NCBI GenBank assembly: GCA_964632945.1
Contig: CAZWCX010000020.1
Span: 8,596-72,595, forward strand
Length of the DNA: 64,000 nt
Origin: an uncultured Planctomycetia bacterium
GTDB lineage: Bacteria; Planctomycetota; MHYJ01; WSZJ01; CAZWCX01
Reading direction: 5' to 3'
In this document: positions 8,678 through 17,853 of the stretch, one piece after another
Layout of the letters: every line of letters begins with the position of its first letter
Numbering within the stretch: position 1 is the first letter of the stretch
Notes under the pieces: generated by a model
What the model was told of the DNA's origin: nothing
What the model saw: the letters and a program-made list of their open reading frames with translations, nothing else
Database searches by the model: none
Program-made: the position numbers and the translations under genes

Positions 8678-10066
8678 TCAGCCGCGGAACTGCTCCGGGT
8701 TGATCTCGTGTTTCTTCAGCAGGCGATAGAGGGTCCCGCGCGGAATCTTGGCCTCGCGCGCCGCCGCCGTCACCTCCCCCTCATAGGAGCGCAGCAGCGC
8801 GCTCAGGTATTCCTTCTCGAACGCGGCCACGCGCTGGGAGCGGAGCGCGAAGAAGCCGCTGCGATCGGCCGCCCCGGGTTCCCCGGCCTTGAGCACGACA
8901 TCCTCGGGCAGATCCTCGGGCGTGAGCATGGGGTGCCGTGTCAGGGCCATGGTCCGACCGATCACGTTTTGAAGTTCCCGCACATTCCCCGGCCAGGGGT
9001 AGCGACAGAGGATTTCGAGCATCTCCGGATCCACCTGCACCACCCCCTTCCCCATTTCGCGGGAGTAGCGCTCGACGAAGTGCTGCACCAGCAGGGGAAT
9101 GTCCTCCGGCCGTTCGCGCAACGGCGGGAGCGTGATTCGCGCGACGTGGATCCGGTAATACAAATCCTCCCGAAAGCGCTTTTCCCGCATCTCCTCGGCG
9201 AGGTCGCGATTGGTGGCGGCCAGGACGCGAACGTCGACGGTGATTTCCTCGTGCCCCCCGACGCGACGAAACCGCCGTTCCTGCAGGGTGCGCAGCAGCT
9301 TGGCCTGCATCGGCAACGGCAACTCGGCGATCTCGTCGAGGAACAACGTCCCATTATCCGCGAACTCGAGCAACCCCATGCTTCGGCTGGTTGCCCCGGT
9401 GAAGGCGCCGCGCTCATGACCGAAGAACTCGCTCTCCAGCAGATTCTCCGGAATCGCCGCGCAATCGGCGGGCACGAAACGCTGTCCGGAGCGCGCGCTC
9501 AGGGCATGGATTCGTCGCGCCACGAGTTCCTTTCCGGTCCCCGTCTCGCCGACGATCAACACGTCGACGTCGGTCTCGGCCACTTTCTGGATCGTGTCCA
9601 TGACGGTGAGGACGGAGGGGCTCCGGCCCACGATCTGCTCGCTCGGACCATTGCGGCCGATCTGGCGCTGGAGCAGTTCGTTCTCCTCGCGCAACCTCCG
9701 CCCGTCGAGAAGACGCCGGACGGTGGCCAGCAGATCGTCGGGAAGCAGGGGCTTGGTGACGTAGTCCGAGGCCCCGAGCTTGAGGCAGTCGACTGCCGTT
9801 TCGACCTTGGGGTAGGCGGTAATCACGACGACCGAAAGATCCGGGTGGAACTTCCGGGCCACTTTGAGCAATTCCACCCCGTCCATTTCCGGCATGCACA
9901 TGTCGGTCAGGAGCAGGTCGAAGCTCTCCGCTTCGAGGCGTTTGGCCGCCCGTCGGCTCTGCGTTTCGAGAACGACCTCGGCATTGGCGAGTTTCTCGAG
10001 CGTGGCAGCGCAGATCAGCAGCGTGTCTTCTGCGTCGTCCACGACCAGGATGCGGGACTTGGTCAT
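8678..10066 (-). CDS. Sigma-54-dependent transcriptional regulator (NtrC family: REC + AAA+ sigma-54 activator + Fis-type HTH)
   Basis: Receiver domain (RILVVDDAEDTLL...DLLLTDMCMPEMDG), Walker A GETGTGKE, sigma-54 contact motif GAFTGA (ERGAFTGATSR), arginine finger region, and a C-terminal HTH (AAREAKIPRGTLYRLLKK). The start ATG is at 10064-10066, preceded by GGAGG. Confidence 0.85.
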   Translation of the reverse strand: MTKSRILVVDDAEDTLLICAATLEKLANAEVVLETQSRRAAKRLEAESFDLLLTDMCMPEMDGVELLKVARKFHPDLSVVVITAYPKVETAVDCLKLGASDYVTKPLLPDDLLATVRRLLDGRRLREENELLQRQIGRNGPSEQIVGRSPSVLTVMDTIQKVAETDVDVLIVGETGTGKELVARRIHALSARSGQRFVPADCAAIPENLLESEFFGHERGAFTGATSRSMGLLEFADNGTLFLDEIAELPLPMQAKLLRTLQERRFRRVGGHEEITVDVRVLAATNRDLAEEMREKRFREDLYYRIHVARITLPPLRERPEDIPLLVQHFVERYSREMGKGVVQVDPEMLEILCRYPWPGNVRELQNVIGRTMALTRHPMLTPEDLPEDVVLKAGEPGAADRSGFFALRSQRVAAFEKEYLSALLRSYEGEVTAAAREAKIPRGTLYRLLKKHEINPEQFRG

Positions 10067-10167
10067 GGCGGCCCTCCTACCATCCCCCACCGGTTGCGTT
10101 TATTGTACCGGCGCTGGGACAGGCGAACAAGGGGCCTGACGGCCCGCCGAAAGGCGCGGTAACGCGA

Positions 10168-10394
10168 GTGGAACACCGCCCGCCAGCCCGGATTAGTCAT
10201 GAAGCCGCGTCGGCGGCTTCGGGAAGCATCCGCCCGCGGGCTCCTGGCTGCGTCCGCAGCCAGGACCGCGGGGCGACCGGCGTGCGACACACGGTGTCGC
10301 AGGCTGGGCGAGGCAGTCCTGCTCCGGACCGCCTTCCCGGTCGGCCGGAGCCGGATGGTTCGCGAACCGCGAAGGGGTTCGCGTATCATCCGCG
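10168..10394. repeat. Copy B of the ~230-bp conserved intergenic element. It lies between the lipoprotein stop (10395) and the sigma-54 regulator start (10066).
   Basis: About 86% identical to 335-562 in the same orientation and the same relative context. In this copy a perfect hairpin cctggctgc-gtcc-gcagccagg replaces a weaker hairpin at the same position in copy A. Confidence 0.75.
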
Positions 10395-10874
10395 CTAGGG
10401 GGTCTTGCGCAGGGGGCGGCCGCAGCACCACCCCTCGACGTTGTACGTCTTTCGGCAGGCGTTGCACTGCCAGCCGGACGGGGGCAGCTCGGCGAACTTG
10501 CGTCCGTCGGGCGCTTCGAAGACGGGGCCGACCGGTTCGTCCCGGCCCGCTGCGCGGGGCGGATCGGACGGGGGGGATCCCCGCCGCGAGCGCGCCTCCG
10601 CCGGCGTCGTCGCGGCCCCCGCGGGTTCGGGGGCGGCGGTCACGGTCGCGGCCGCGGGAGGCGCCTCGGGGGTCGGTCGCCGGTCGGGCGGCGCCGCCTC
10701 CGGCGCGGGGGTGGTGGCGGATCGGGGGGCGGGGGAAGTCGCACCCCGCGACGCCCGGTACGCCTCGTAGGCGGAGGAGGACCCGCCCGATCCCGTCAGG
10801 TACGAGGTCCTCCCGTCCGGCGCGGCGGAACAGCCGGCGAGAGCGACGGCCAGGACGAGCGGCAGCGCGCGCAT
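10395..10874 (-). CDS. Lipoprotein with a Cys-rich C-terminus
   Basis: MRALPLVLAVALAGCSA gives a lipobox LAGC. The protein is Ala/Pro/Thr-rich and ends with a C-terminal CNACRKTYNVEGWCCG cluster. The start was taken at the ATG encoding MRALPL. Confidence is modest because the protein is low-complexity. Confidence 0.45.
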   Translation of the reverse strand: MRALPLVLAVALAGCSAAPDGRTSYLTGSGGSSSAYEAYRASRGATSPAPRSATTPAPEAAPPDRRPTPEAPPAAATVTAAPEPAGAATTPAEARSRRGSPPSDPPRAAGRDEPVGPVFEAPDGRKFAELPPSGWQCNACRKTYNVEGWCCGRPLRKTP

Positions 10875-10940
10875 GAGGCGATTCCTCCGTGGCGGGGCCC
10901 GGGATGCCACCGCATAGAGTAGTGCAGGCCGGGATGCAAT

Positions 10941-13886
10941 TCAACGGTTCTCGGGGCGGGGCAGGAGACGACGGAGCCGCGGCTCCGGCTCGAGGAGCCG
11001 AAGCTCGACTCCGTGCTTGACCGCCTGCCGCAGGCACAGTCCGGCTTCGACGATTTGACCGCATCGTTCATGGGCGCGGGCAAGCGCAAGCCAGGCCTGC
11101 GGAGAGTCCGGATGCACGAGCGCAGCGGCGGCGGCGCGCGCCCGGGCGGGCCCGGGATCTTTCCCGGCAAGGGCCGCGACGGACTCTTCGATCAGTCTGT
11201 GCGCGACGGCCGGCGCGCAGGCGGCCACCCTCGTCCCGACCGGGCCGGCTTCCTCCACGGGGGCAAGAGGGAGCCCGTGTTCGCCCCGCTGCCAGGCCTC
11301 CCAGCGCTCGCCCAGCGCGGGCGGGGCGTACCGCCGGGCGGCTTCCGTGAAGGCCTCGACCGCCGGGCCCTCGCGTCCCGCCGCGATCATGACGAATCCG
11401 AGCGCCACCGCCGGCTCGGGCCGGGCTTGGTCCAGGCGGGCGGCGGCGGCGAGACAGCGCTCGGCCTCGTCCACACGACCCGCGCGCGCATGCAGAATTC
11501 CCGATGCGAACCAGGCTTCGCCATCGCGCGGCCGGGAGGCGATCGCCCGCCCGAGGAACGCTGCGGCTTCGTCGCTCCGACCGAGCCGGAGAGCCAGCCG
11601 GCCGCCGATGAGGGCGAGGAGGCCGTCCTCGCGACGTTCGCTCGACGCCCGGGCGACGGCCTCCGCGGCCTCGCCGGCTCGTCCCGCGTCCGCCAGCGCG
11701 TCCGCGAGCCGGATCCGTTCCGCCCCCGCTTCGGGGGAAGTGCCCTCGCGATCCACCGGGCGGACGAGCGCCGCGCAGGCGCGAGCCGTCAAATCAGGGT
11801 CCGTCCCCCGCCCGGCCGCGACCGCCTCCGCCAGGGTCGCCGGGTCTTCGGGCCCGGCCGCCCATGCGCGCGCGAGCGCGGCCTCGGCCTCCCGCACCCG
11901 CCCCGCCGCGCGGTGGGCCGACGCCAGGTGAGCCCAGAGACTCGCCTCGTCCGGAAGCCGTTCCGCCCAGGTCGCGAGCCGCGTTGTGGGGTCCTGCCCG
12001 TGCCAGCAGCGCAACCGGAACCCGGCCTCGCCCAGCATGCGAATGTCTCGGGCGGCCGGATGCAGTTGGAGTCGGAGCGCGACGTCCAGGGCTTCCGCCG
12101 CCTCCTCCGCCTTTCCCGCCGCCAACAGGACCTCGGCGCGGACCGAAAACGCCGCGGCGCCGCGGGGAGATCCAAGCAGGAGCCGCTCGCTGGTGTCCAG
12201 CGCCTCCCGAAGGTCGGGGACCCCGGCCAGAAGCAGGGCGCGGACGTACACGTACAACACCTCCGGTCGCGCCTCCTGCTCCGCGAGCAGCGCGCGCGCC
12301 GCGACGAGAGCGCCTTCCGCGTCGCCGGCGCGGAGCGACGCGCGAACCCGCGAGGCGAGGGCGAACCCGTGCGCCGGCCGGGCGGAGAGCCGCCGGGCCG
12401 CCTCCCGGCCCGCGGCCACCCGGTCTTCGCACTCGCGCGCATAGCCGCGCTCCAACAGGCGGTCCGCGTACGCCTGGATCCGATACAGCGTCCGATCGGT
12501 GTCCGGGTCGCGCGCCACGAGGATGTCCAGATCCTGCCCGGCGGTCCCCAAGTCGCCGAGAGCCTCCGCAACCACGGCGCGCGTCTGGCGGGCGTCCCAC
12601 AGGTCCGGAGCCTCGGCGACGATCCGGTCCAGCTCTTCACGCAATCGGGCTGCGCGAGCCGCCCAGGTGTCGATCGGTTCCGTCCCGCATGCGTTCCACT
12701 CGTGCAGCACCTCGCGGTAGCGTCCGTGCAGGGTGTCGAGTCGTCTCGCCTCCCGGTCGAGCTTCGCCGCATGCTCCACTTCCAGGACCGAGTAATAGAG
12801 CACCCCCGCACTCACGGTGAGCACCAGCGCGCCCACCGCCGCGGTGAGAGGCAGCTTCCGGCGCGCAACCCGCGCGACCCGTCCCAGGAAAGAGGGCGGG
12901 CGCGCGGCGATCGGCAGCCCTTCCAGGAAGCGAAGAGTGTCGTCCGCGAGGGCCTCCGCGGAGGGGTAGCGGCGCGCCGGGTCCTTCTCCAGGCACTTGA
13001 GGCACAGGGTCTCGACGTCGGCGCTCACATCCGCGTGGAGCCGGCGCGGCGCCTCCGGGAGGGTGTGCACGACGTCGTGCAGCACCCGCGGCGTCGGTCC
13101 GACGAACGGCGGCCGACCGGTCAGAAGCGTGTAGAGCACGGCCCCGAGGGAATACACGTCACTGCGCGCGTCCACCTGCTCGAGGCGACCCAGCGCCTGT
13201 TCCGGCGGCATGTAGGCTGGGGTGCCGAGCAAGGTTCCCTCCAGCGTGAGCAACGATTCGCGCGAGAGGTCCTTGGCGAGCCCGAAGTCGGTGATGAGGA
13301 CCCGGCCGTCCCCGGTCAGCAGCAGGTTCTGGGGCTTGAGGTCGCGGTGGACCACCCCTTCGGCGTGGGCGTAGGCGAGCGCGAGGGCGACTTCGTGAAT
13401 CAGTTCGAGGGCGCGGCGGGGGGTGGGCCGTCCGCGTCGCGCCAGGTCATCGACCGTCTCTCCGATGATATAGTCCATCGAGTAGTAGTGGAGATCCCCA
13501 TCCTGGCCCACGTCATGAATGGCCACGATTCCGGGATGATGCAGACGCGCCGCGGCCTGCGCCTCGCGGTGGAACCGCTGCACCCCCTCCGCGTCGGCAG
13601 GACCCCGGGCGCGCAGCACCTTGAGGGCGACGGTCCGGTTGAGGTCGCGCTGGCGGGCGAGATAGACCACTCCCATCGCGCCCGAGCCGAGCTCTCCCAG
13701 AATCTCATAGGCTCCGATCGATGGCGGAGCCGGCGCCGTGGAGGGGGACGGCGGAGGGACCGCCGGGGCCGCGGCAAGGGCGGTTTCGACCGGTCCCCCC
13801 GACGGCGTCCGGAGGACCGTGGGGTTGACACCCGCAGACGAGTCAGGCGACCCGGCGGGCGCCGGGGGTGTGGCGTCCTGCGGCAT
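10941..13886 (-). CDS. Ser/Thr protein kinase with a C-terminal TM/TPR-like helical repeat region
   Basis: Complete Hanks kinase motifs: GSGAMGVVY, VALKVL, HRDLKPQNLLL, DFGLAKD, GTPAYMPPE. These are followed by a hydrophobic segment and about 550 aa of alpha-helical Ala/Leu/Arg-rich repeats. The start ATG is at 13884-13886 (MPQDATPP), preceded by a GGAGAA SD. Confidence 0.8.
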   Translation of the reverse strand: MPQDATPPAPAGSPDSSAGVNPTVLRTPSGGPVETALAAAPAVPPPSPSTAPAPPSIGAYEILGELGSGAMGVVYLARQRDLNRTVALKVLRARGPADAEGVQRFHREAQAAARLHHPGIVAIHDVGQDGDLHYYSMDYIIGETVDDLARRGRPTPRRALELIHEVALALAYAHAEGVVHRDLKPQNLLLTGDGRVLITDFGLAKDLSRESLLTLEGTLLGTPAYMPPEQALGRLEQVDARSDVYSLGAVLYTLLTGRPPFVGPTPRVLHDVVHTLPEAPRRLHADVSADVETLCLKCLEKDPARRYPSAEALADDTLRFLEGLPIAARPPSFLGRVARVARRKLPLTAAVGALVLTVSAGVLYYSVLEVEHAAKLDREARRLDTLHGRYREVLHEWNACGTEPIDTWAARAARLREELDRIVAEAPDLWDARQTRAVVAEALGDLGTAGQDLDILVARDPDTDRTLYRIQAYADRLLERGYARECEDRVAAGREAARRLSARPAHGFALASRVRASLRAGDAEGALVAARALLAEQEARPEVLYVYVRALLLAGVPDLREALDTSERLLLGSPRGAAAFSVRAEVLLAAGKAEEAAEALDVALRLQLHPAARDIRMLGEAGFRLRCWHGQDPTTRLATWAERLPDEASLWAHLASAHRAAGRVREAEAALARAWAAGPEDPATLAEAVAAGRGTDPDLTARACAALVRPVDREGTSPEAGAERIRLADALADAGRAGEAAEAVARASSERREDGLLALIGGRLALRLGRSDEAAAFLGRAIASRPRDGEAWFASGILHARAGRVDEAERCLAAAARLDQARPEPAVALGFVMIAAGREGPAVEAFTEAARRYAPPALGERWEAWQRGEHGLPLAPVEEAGPVGTRVAACAPAVAHRLIEESVAALAGKDPGPARARAAAAALVHPDSPQAWLALARAHERCGQIVEAGLCLRQAVKHGVELRLLEPEPRLRRLLPRPENR

Positions 13887-14000
13887 CGCGACCGCGTTCT
13901 CCCATCGACGGGTGACGGCAACCGAGGCCCGACCCCCGACCCGCCTTCGGGAGACGGGGAGGGCTTTTCCCCGCATTCGAAGTGCGGCGGGGCCATCCCG

Positions 14001-14282
14001 TCACTCTTGATGCCCCTCGATCTGGATCGTCATCGTCCGGCGCGCCGTTTCCACGCCGTCCCATTCCTCGGTGATCTCGAGCGTCAAGTCGAACATGTCG
14101 ACATGGTAAATGCGCTGGTACTCCTCGGACTTTCCGTCCACGTCCACGGCCCCCTTCATCCGCAGCCAGTATTCGCCCGGCCGCTCCATGTTCTTGGAGG
14201 CCTCCTGGATGGCGAGCTGGATCAACGCCTCCTCGTTTCCCACGCGGATGCGAAACTCGCCGTGGTCCGGTTTCTCGAGCAT
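14001..14282 (-). CDS. Small (93 aa) dodecin-like / DUF1458-like protein
   Basis: MLEKPDHGEFRIRVGNEEALIQLAIQEASKNMERPGEYWLRMKGAVDVDGKSEEYQRIYHVDMFDLTLEI matches the beta-alpha-beta-beta pattern and spacing of dodecin-family proteins. GGAGG lies directly upstream of the ATG at 14280-14282. The rest of track ORF 14001..14909 is R/G-rich and I rejected it. Confidence 0.5.
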   Translation of the reverse strand: MLEKPDHGEFRIRVGNEEALIQLAIQEASKNMERPGEYWLRMKGAVDVDGKSEEYQRIYHVDMFDLTLEITEEWDGVETARRTMTIQIEGHQE

Positions 14283-14449
14283 CGAGAACCTCCGGGCGAG
14301 GAGGACATCGCGCCCTGCGCCTGCGTCGGCGGCCCACGCGCGGGCCGCCGCGTGTCCGTCGGGGGACCGACCCACGGCCCCGGGGAGGTCGGAGCGCCGG
14401 TCCGCGATCCGGACGTCGCGAGACGCAGCGATCCGCCCCCGTCCGCATG

Positions 14450-14740
14450 CTAGTTTGACCTTTCTTCCGTCCCAACGCAAGCCCGCTCCGGCCGCAGGAG
14501 CGATGACTCGACCCCCGGAAGCCGCAGGACCCCGTCGATCCGATACCGAATGCGCACGCCTGCGGGGAACCACTCGAGGTGTAGGTCGCTGGCGTCTCGC
14601 CGAATCGCGTCGAGCAGAACCGTATCGATGAAGGCGCCGCCCGGCCGGTCCAGGCCGGACGGGGCATCGGCTTCGGCCGTCAGATCGAGTACGCCGGTGG
14701 CGGCGCGGGCCGTGATCGGTGCGGGGGCATCCATGAGCAT
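14450..14740 (-). pseudogene. Remnant of a GspE/PilB-type (T2SS/T4P) secretion ATPase gene. Only about 50 aa of the N-terminal region of the ATPase domain remain.
   Basis: AFIDTVLLDAIRRDASDLHLEWFPAGVRIRYRIDGVL closely resembles the conserved PilB/GspE segment (…ILTDAIKRKASDIHIEP…RVRFRIDGVL). The frame then stops after ~20 more residues, and no Walker box follows in any minus frame. Confidence 0.5.
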
Positions 14741-15002
14741 CTTCCTGGTTGAAGACGCGCAGGAGGACGCAAGTGAACGCCCGCCGGCCCGCCGACGGCG
14801 TGATTCGGCGGTGGATCAAGGGCCGCAACGGGTTCCGACCGTCCCCGAGCACGCGACTCCGGCCGCGGCGGCCGGATCCGCCGGACAGAATCGTACGCCA
14901 GGCGCTCACCGGCGCTCATCGGCATCCGAGGAACCCACGGGGTCGAGGACGGCTGGGGCAGCACGCGAGGGAGGCCCCGGCCGGCGGGGACGGTCCTCCG
15001 GG

Positions 15003-16853
15003 TCATCGGCGCGGTCGTGGCGCCGAGGTCGGGTGCTCACCGGCGGGAGGGGTCGTCAGGGCTCCCACGAAGCACGCTCTCCCCCGCTTCTTTCTTCGCG
15101 AAATGGGCGCGACGGTGAATGCCTGCGCGGCGGAGAAGGCCGTCGCGTTTCCCAGCGTATCCCGCGCCCGAATCCTCCAGAACAAGTTCCCGGTGCCGAA
15201 CGACCTCACGGCCGCGCGCACGTGAGGCTCCTCCACCGTGAGCTGGAAGAGCACCGTGTCGAACAGGGCCGACGCCGAGACCTGCAGGTCGTAGTTCAGG
15301 ATCCCGTTCGGATCCGCCGCCGCCGACCAGACGAAGTCCACGAATTCGACCGCGCCGACGTTCACGCCGCCCACCGGAGACTGAGGTACCGGAGCCGCTC
15401 CGGCCGTGGTATCGATCGTGAAATCGGTTTCCGCCGAGTAGTCTCGAATCGCCTCCGCGCGCCCGGAAGGATACTCGCGGCTGAACAGGTCGACTCCCGC
15501 GGCCGCACTCCCGCCATCGCGATAGCGAACCTGCCAGAAGTACGTGCCGTCGGGAAGCGCGGGAATCGTCACCCGCGTGAGGTCGCCGCCGGTCACGCCG
15601 GAGTCGAACACCGTCACCGACCAGTCCGCGGGAGATCCCGCCGCCCGGACCCGCCATTGACTGGCCGTGTGGAGATCGAAGGCCGGAGGACCGGCGGCTC
15701 CATTCGGATCCGCGAAGGCGGAGGAGGACAGGGTCGGTGTCGAAGTCGCCATGAGCGCCCCGGGTGCGGGGCCAAGATTGACCGGCTGCGCGGGGTGGAA
15801 ATTGACCGCCCGGTCGAGGAGCGTTCCCGCGCCGCCGGATGCCCCCGGCGGACCGCCTGGATCGGGGCCCGGAGCGCCGCCGGCCCCTCCGGACGGCACC
15901 GGCGGCAGGATCCCGGTGACGGTGTCGCGAAGAATCTTGATCCGGCCCCCGCCTCCGCCCGCGCCGCCGCCCGAGGGATCGATGCTGGGTCCCGCCCCGG
16001 AGACGCCGCCGGCGCCCGCACCACCGTCCGCGCGCACGATCGCCGCCGCCCCGAATCGCAAGTCCGGCGCGCACAGCAGGATCCCCCCGCCCGAGCCTCC
16101 ACCCCCACCGCCCGCGCCGGTCCCGTCCGCAGGCGCAATCCCCGCATTGCCGCCCGCGCCGTTCATCGACAGCGTCCCGTTCACGAACAACGATTCCTGG
16201 GCGATCAGCAGCAGGCTCGCCCCACCCGCGCCCCCATCCCCGCCCGTCGCTCCGGGGAGGTCTCCGCCACCGCCGCCGCCTCCGGAACCGGGGTTGAGGT
16301 CCTGATCGGGGGGCGGAGCCGCGGGGGTGTTGGCCGCGGCGGCAAACACCGGCGGCGCCGGATTGTCGTGGGCGGGACCGCCGGGGCCCGTGGCGCCGGC
16401 GCCATGCCCCCCCGCTCCGCCATGCCCCCCACCACCGCCACCGTCCCGGCTATTGGCAGCGGCCCCCGTGCCTCCGCCCGCTCCACTCCCGTTCGTCGAT
16501 GGCACCGTGGGAGGACCGCCGATCCCGCCGGCGCCCCCGGCGCCGTCTCCGCGAACCGCCCCGTCGATCACGATCACCCGCGCGCGAATGACCAGTCGAT
16601 TCCCCGTCGAGGGCGCGTCGCCCGTCACCGTCACCGTCACGCCGGTTGAAATCGTAAACGTGTCGATGTTGAAGTACTCCCCCTCCATCGCCTGATCCGC
16701 GGCAATCGTGAGGTTGCCGCCGCCCCCGTCCATCGCGGCATTGGGGCCCGACGGGGCCTGCGCCCGCGCCTCCTGCGGCGCCAACACCCCGAGACAAGCC
16801 CCAAGCCACCCGCACGCGGCGGCGGTGTACCACGCCCGGACCCCGATTCTCAT
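15003..16853 (-). CDS. Large secreted glycine-rich repeat protein with C-terminal Fn3-like domains
   Basis: Signal peptide MRIGVRAWYTAAACGWLGACLGVLAPQEARAQA. About 350 aa of G-rich repeats follow (GGAGG...IxIxA...GxGG, probably beta-helix-like), then two Fn3-like modules (DGTYFWQVRYRD...; ILNYDLQVSA...FWRIRARDTLGNATAFSAAQAFTV). The start ATG at 16851-16853 is preceded by AGGAGG and overlaps the stop of the upstream gene (16850-16852). Confidence 0.6.
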   Translation of the reverse strand: MRIGVRAWYTAAACGWLGACLGVLAPQEARAQAPSGPNAAMDGGGGNLTIAADQAMEGEYFNIDTFTISTGVTVTVTGDAPSTGNRLVIRARVIVIDGAVRGDGAGGAGGIGGPPTVPSTNGSGAGGGTGAAANSRDGGGGGGHGGAGGHGAGATGPGGPAHDNPAPPVFAAAANTPAAPPPDQDLNPGSGGGGGGGDLPGATGGDGGAGGASLLLIAQESLFVNGTLSMNGAGGNAGIAPADGTGAGGGGGGSGGGILLCAPDLRFGAAAIVRADGGAGAGGVSGAGPSIDPSGGGAGGGGGRIKILRDTVTGILPPVPSGGAGGAPGPDPGGPPGASGGAGTLLDRAVNFHPAQPVNLGPAPGALMATSTPTLSSSAFADPNGAAGPPAFDLHTASQWRVRAAGSPADWSVTVFDSGVTGGDLTRVTIPALPDGTYFWQVRYRDGGSAAAGVDLFSREYPSGRAEAIRDYSAETDFTIDTTAGAAPVPQSPVGGVNVGAVEFVDFVWSAAADPNGILNYDLQVSASALFDTVLFQLTVEEPHVRAAVRSFGTGNLFWRIRARDTLGNATAFSAAQAFTVAPISRRKKRGRACFVGALTTPPAGEHPTSAPRPRR

Positions 16854-17845
16854 CGCCGAACCCCTCCTGTCATCCATCCCGAATCTCCCGCCTCGAGGGC
16901 CAACGTTTGCCAGGCATTTCGAGCCGCCCCGCGGAGGTCTTCCCCCGCGGTTCGGCTCATCCACTGCAGCGAATCCAGAACCGCCGGGGTCACCGGTGGC
17001 CCGGGAAAGGCGCGACCGAGGCGCACCAGGGTCGTGAGGGCCTGGTCGGACGCCATGCCGCCGAGCCCGATCACCACGGCGAGGAGCGCCGGGGGCCCGA
17101 GCGCGCTGTCCGGGTGGAGCGCCGCCCCGGCCAGGCGCATCAGCACGCATTCCGCTTGCGGGTTCCCCACGCTCCTCAGCACCCGGCCCAGGGCTACCGC
17201 TTCCGCAAGGTCCCGGACCCCCTCCACCTCACCGGCCACCTGCGCCGCACACTCGGGGTGCACCCGGATCAGTCCGGCGATCGCCCCGATCACCCGAGGT
17301 TCCACGAACGGGGCGCCGGACGGCAAGGCCGCTTCCCGGCGACGCAAGCGACGAAACAGCATCGACACGAGGTCCTTCGGAGAGACGTGCGCGTCCCCAT
17401 CCGATCGCCGCTCCCCGGACCAGGGCGCGACCGCGCGGGGAACGCCCCCCCACCCGAACGCATCGGGCCCCTCCGCAAGCGGACTGGGATCCGATTCCAG
17501 CCCGCGTTGCCGCTGACGGTCTCTTCCCGGAGGGAGGGGCGTGACCGGCCGTGTCTCCCCGGCCGCCGTCGCCGATCCGCTCCCGACCGGCGCCGTGGCA
17601 ACGCCCCCCGCCGGCGTCGTTCGGCGGCGCCCCTCGCCCGGGCGCACCGAGCGGCGTCCGCCCGACCCGATCGACCGGCCGGGGCGCGCGCCGTCCTCCG
17701 GGGCCGCTTCCGGCGATCGCGTCCCCCCCCGACCGTCGCATGGCGCCCGGCGCTGCGCGTCGTCGTGCCGAAGTGTCACGATTGAAACGCCCGCGGAAAG
17801 AGCCAGGAAGACGGCCATCATCAGCTGCCGCATTCGCGCGTCCAT
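16850..17845 (-). CDS. Hypothetical membrane-anchored protein with a C-terminal helical (HEAT/ARM-like) domain
   Basis: The start ATG (17843-17845) encodes MDARMRQLMMAVFLALSAGVSIVTL, a TM or signal anchor. A Gly/Arg-rich linker and a ~170-aa alpha-helical C-terminus follow. The gene is translationally coupled to the Gly-rich protein gene. Confidence 0.5.
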   Translation of the reverse strand: MDARMRQLMMAVFLALSAGVSIVTLRHDDAQRRAPCDGRGGTRSPEAAPEDGARPGRSIGSGGRRSVRPGEGRRRTTPAGGVATAPVGSGSATAAGETRPVTPLPPGRDRQRQRGLESDPSPLAEGPDAFGWGGVPRAVAPWSGERRSDGDAHVSPKDLVSMLFRRLRRREAALPSGAPFVEPRVIGAIAGLIRVHPECAAQVAGEVEGVRDLAEAVALGRVLRSVGNPQAECVLMRLAGAALHPDSALGPPALLAVVIGLGGMASDQALTTLVRLGRAFPGPPVTPAVLDSLQWMSRTAGEDLRGAARNAWQTLALEAGDSGWMTGGVRR

Positions 17846-17853
17846 ACGACCTC

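Noticed and set aside
8225-10162. 645-aa plus ORF
   Set aside because: It is antisense to the sigma-54 regulator gene, and the translation is low complexity.
11013-14453. 1146-aa plus-strand ORF
   Set aside because: It is antisense to the well-supported Ser/Thr kinase gene. The translation is Arg/Gly/Pro/Ala low-complexity with no motifs. This is the typical GC-rich antisense artefact.
14550-16649. 699-aa plus ORF
   Set aside because: It is antisense to the Gly-rich secreted protein gene. The translation is poly-Arg/Gly/Pro low complexity with no start context.
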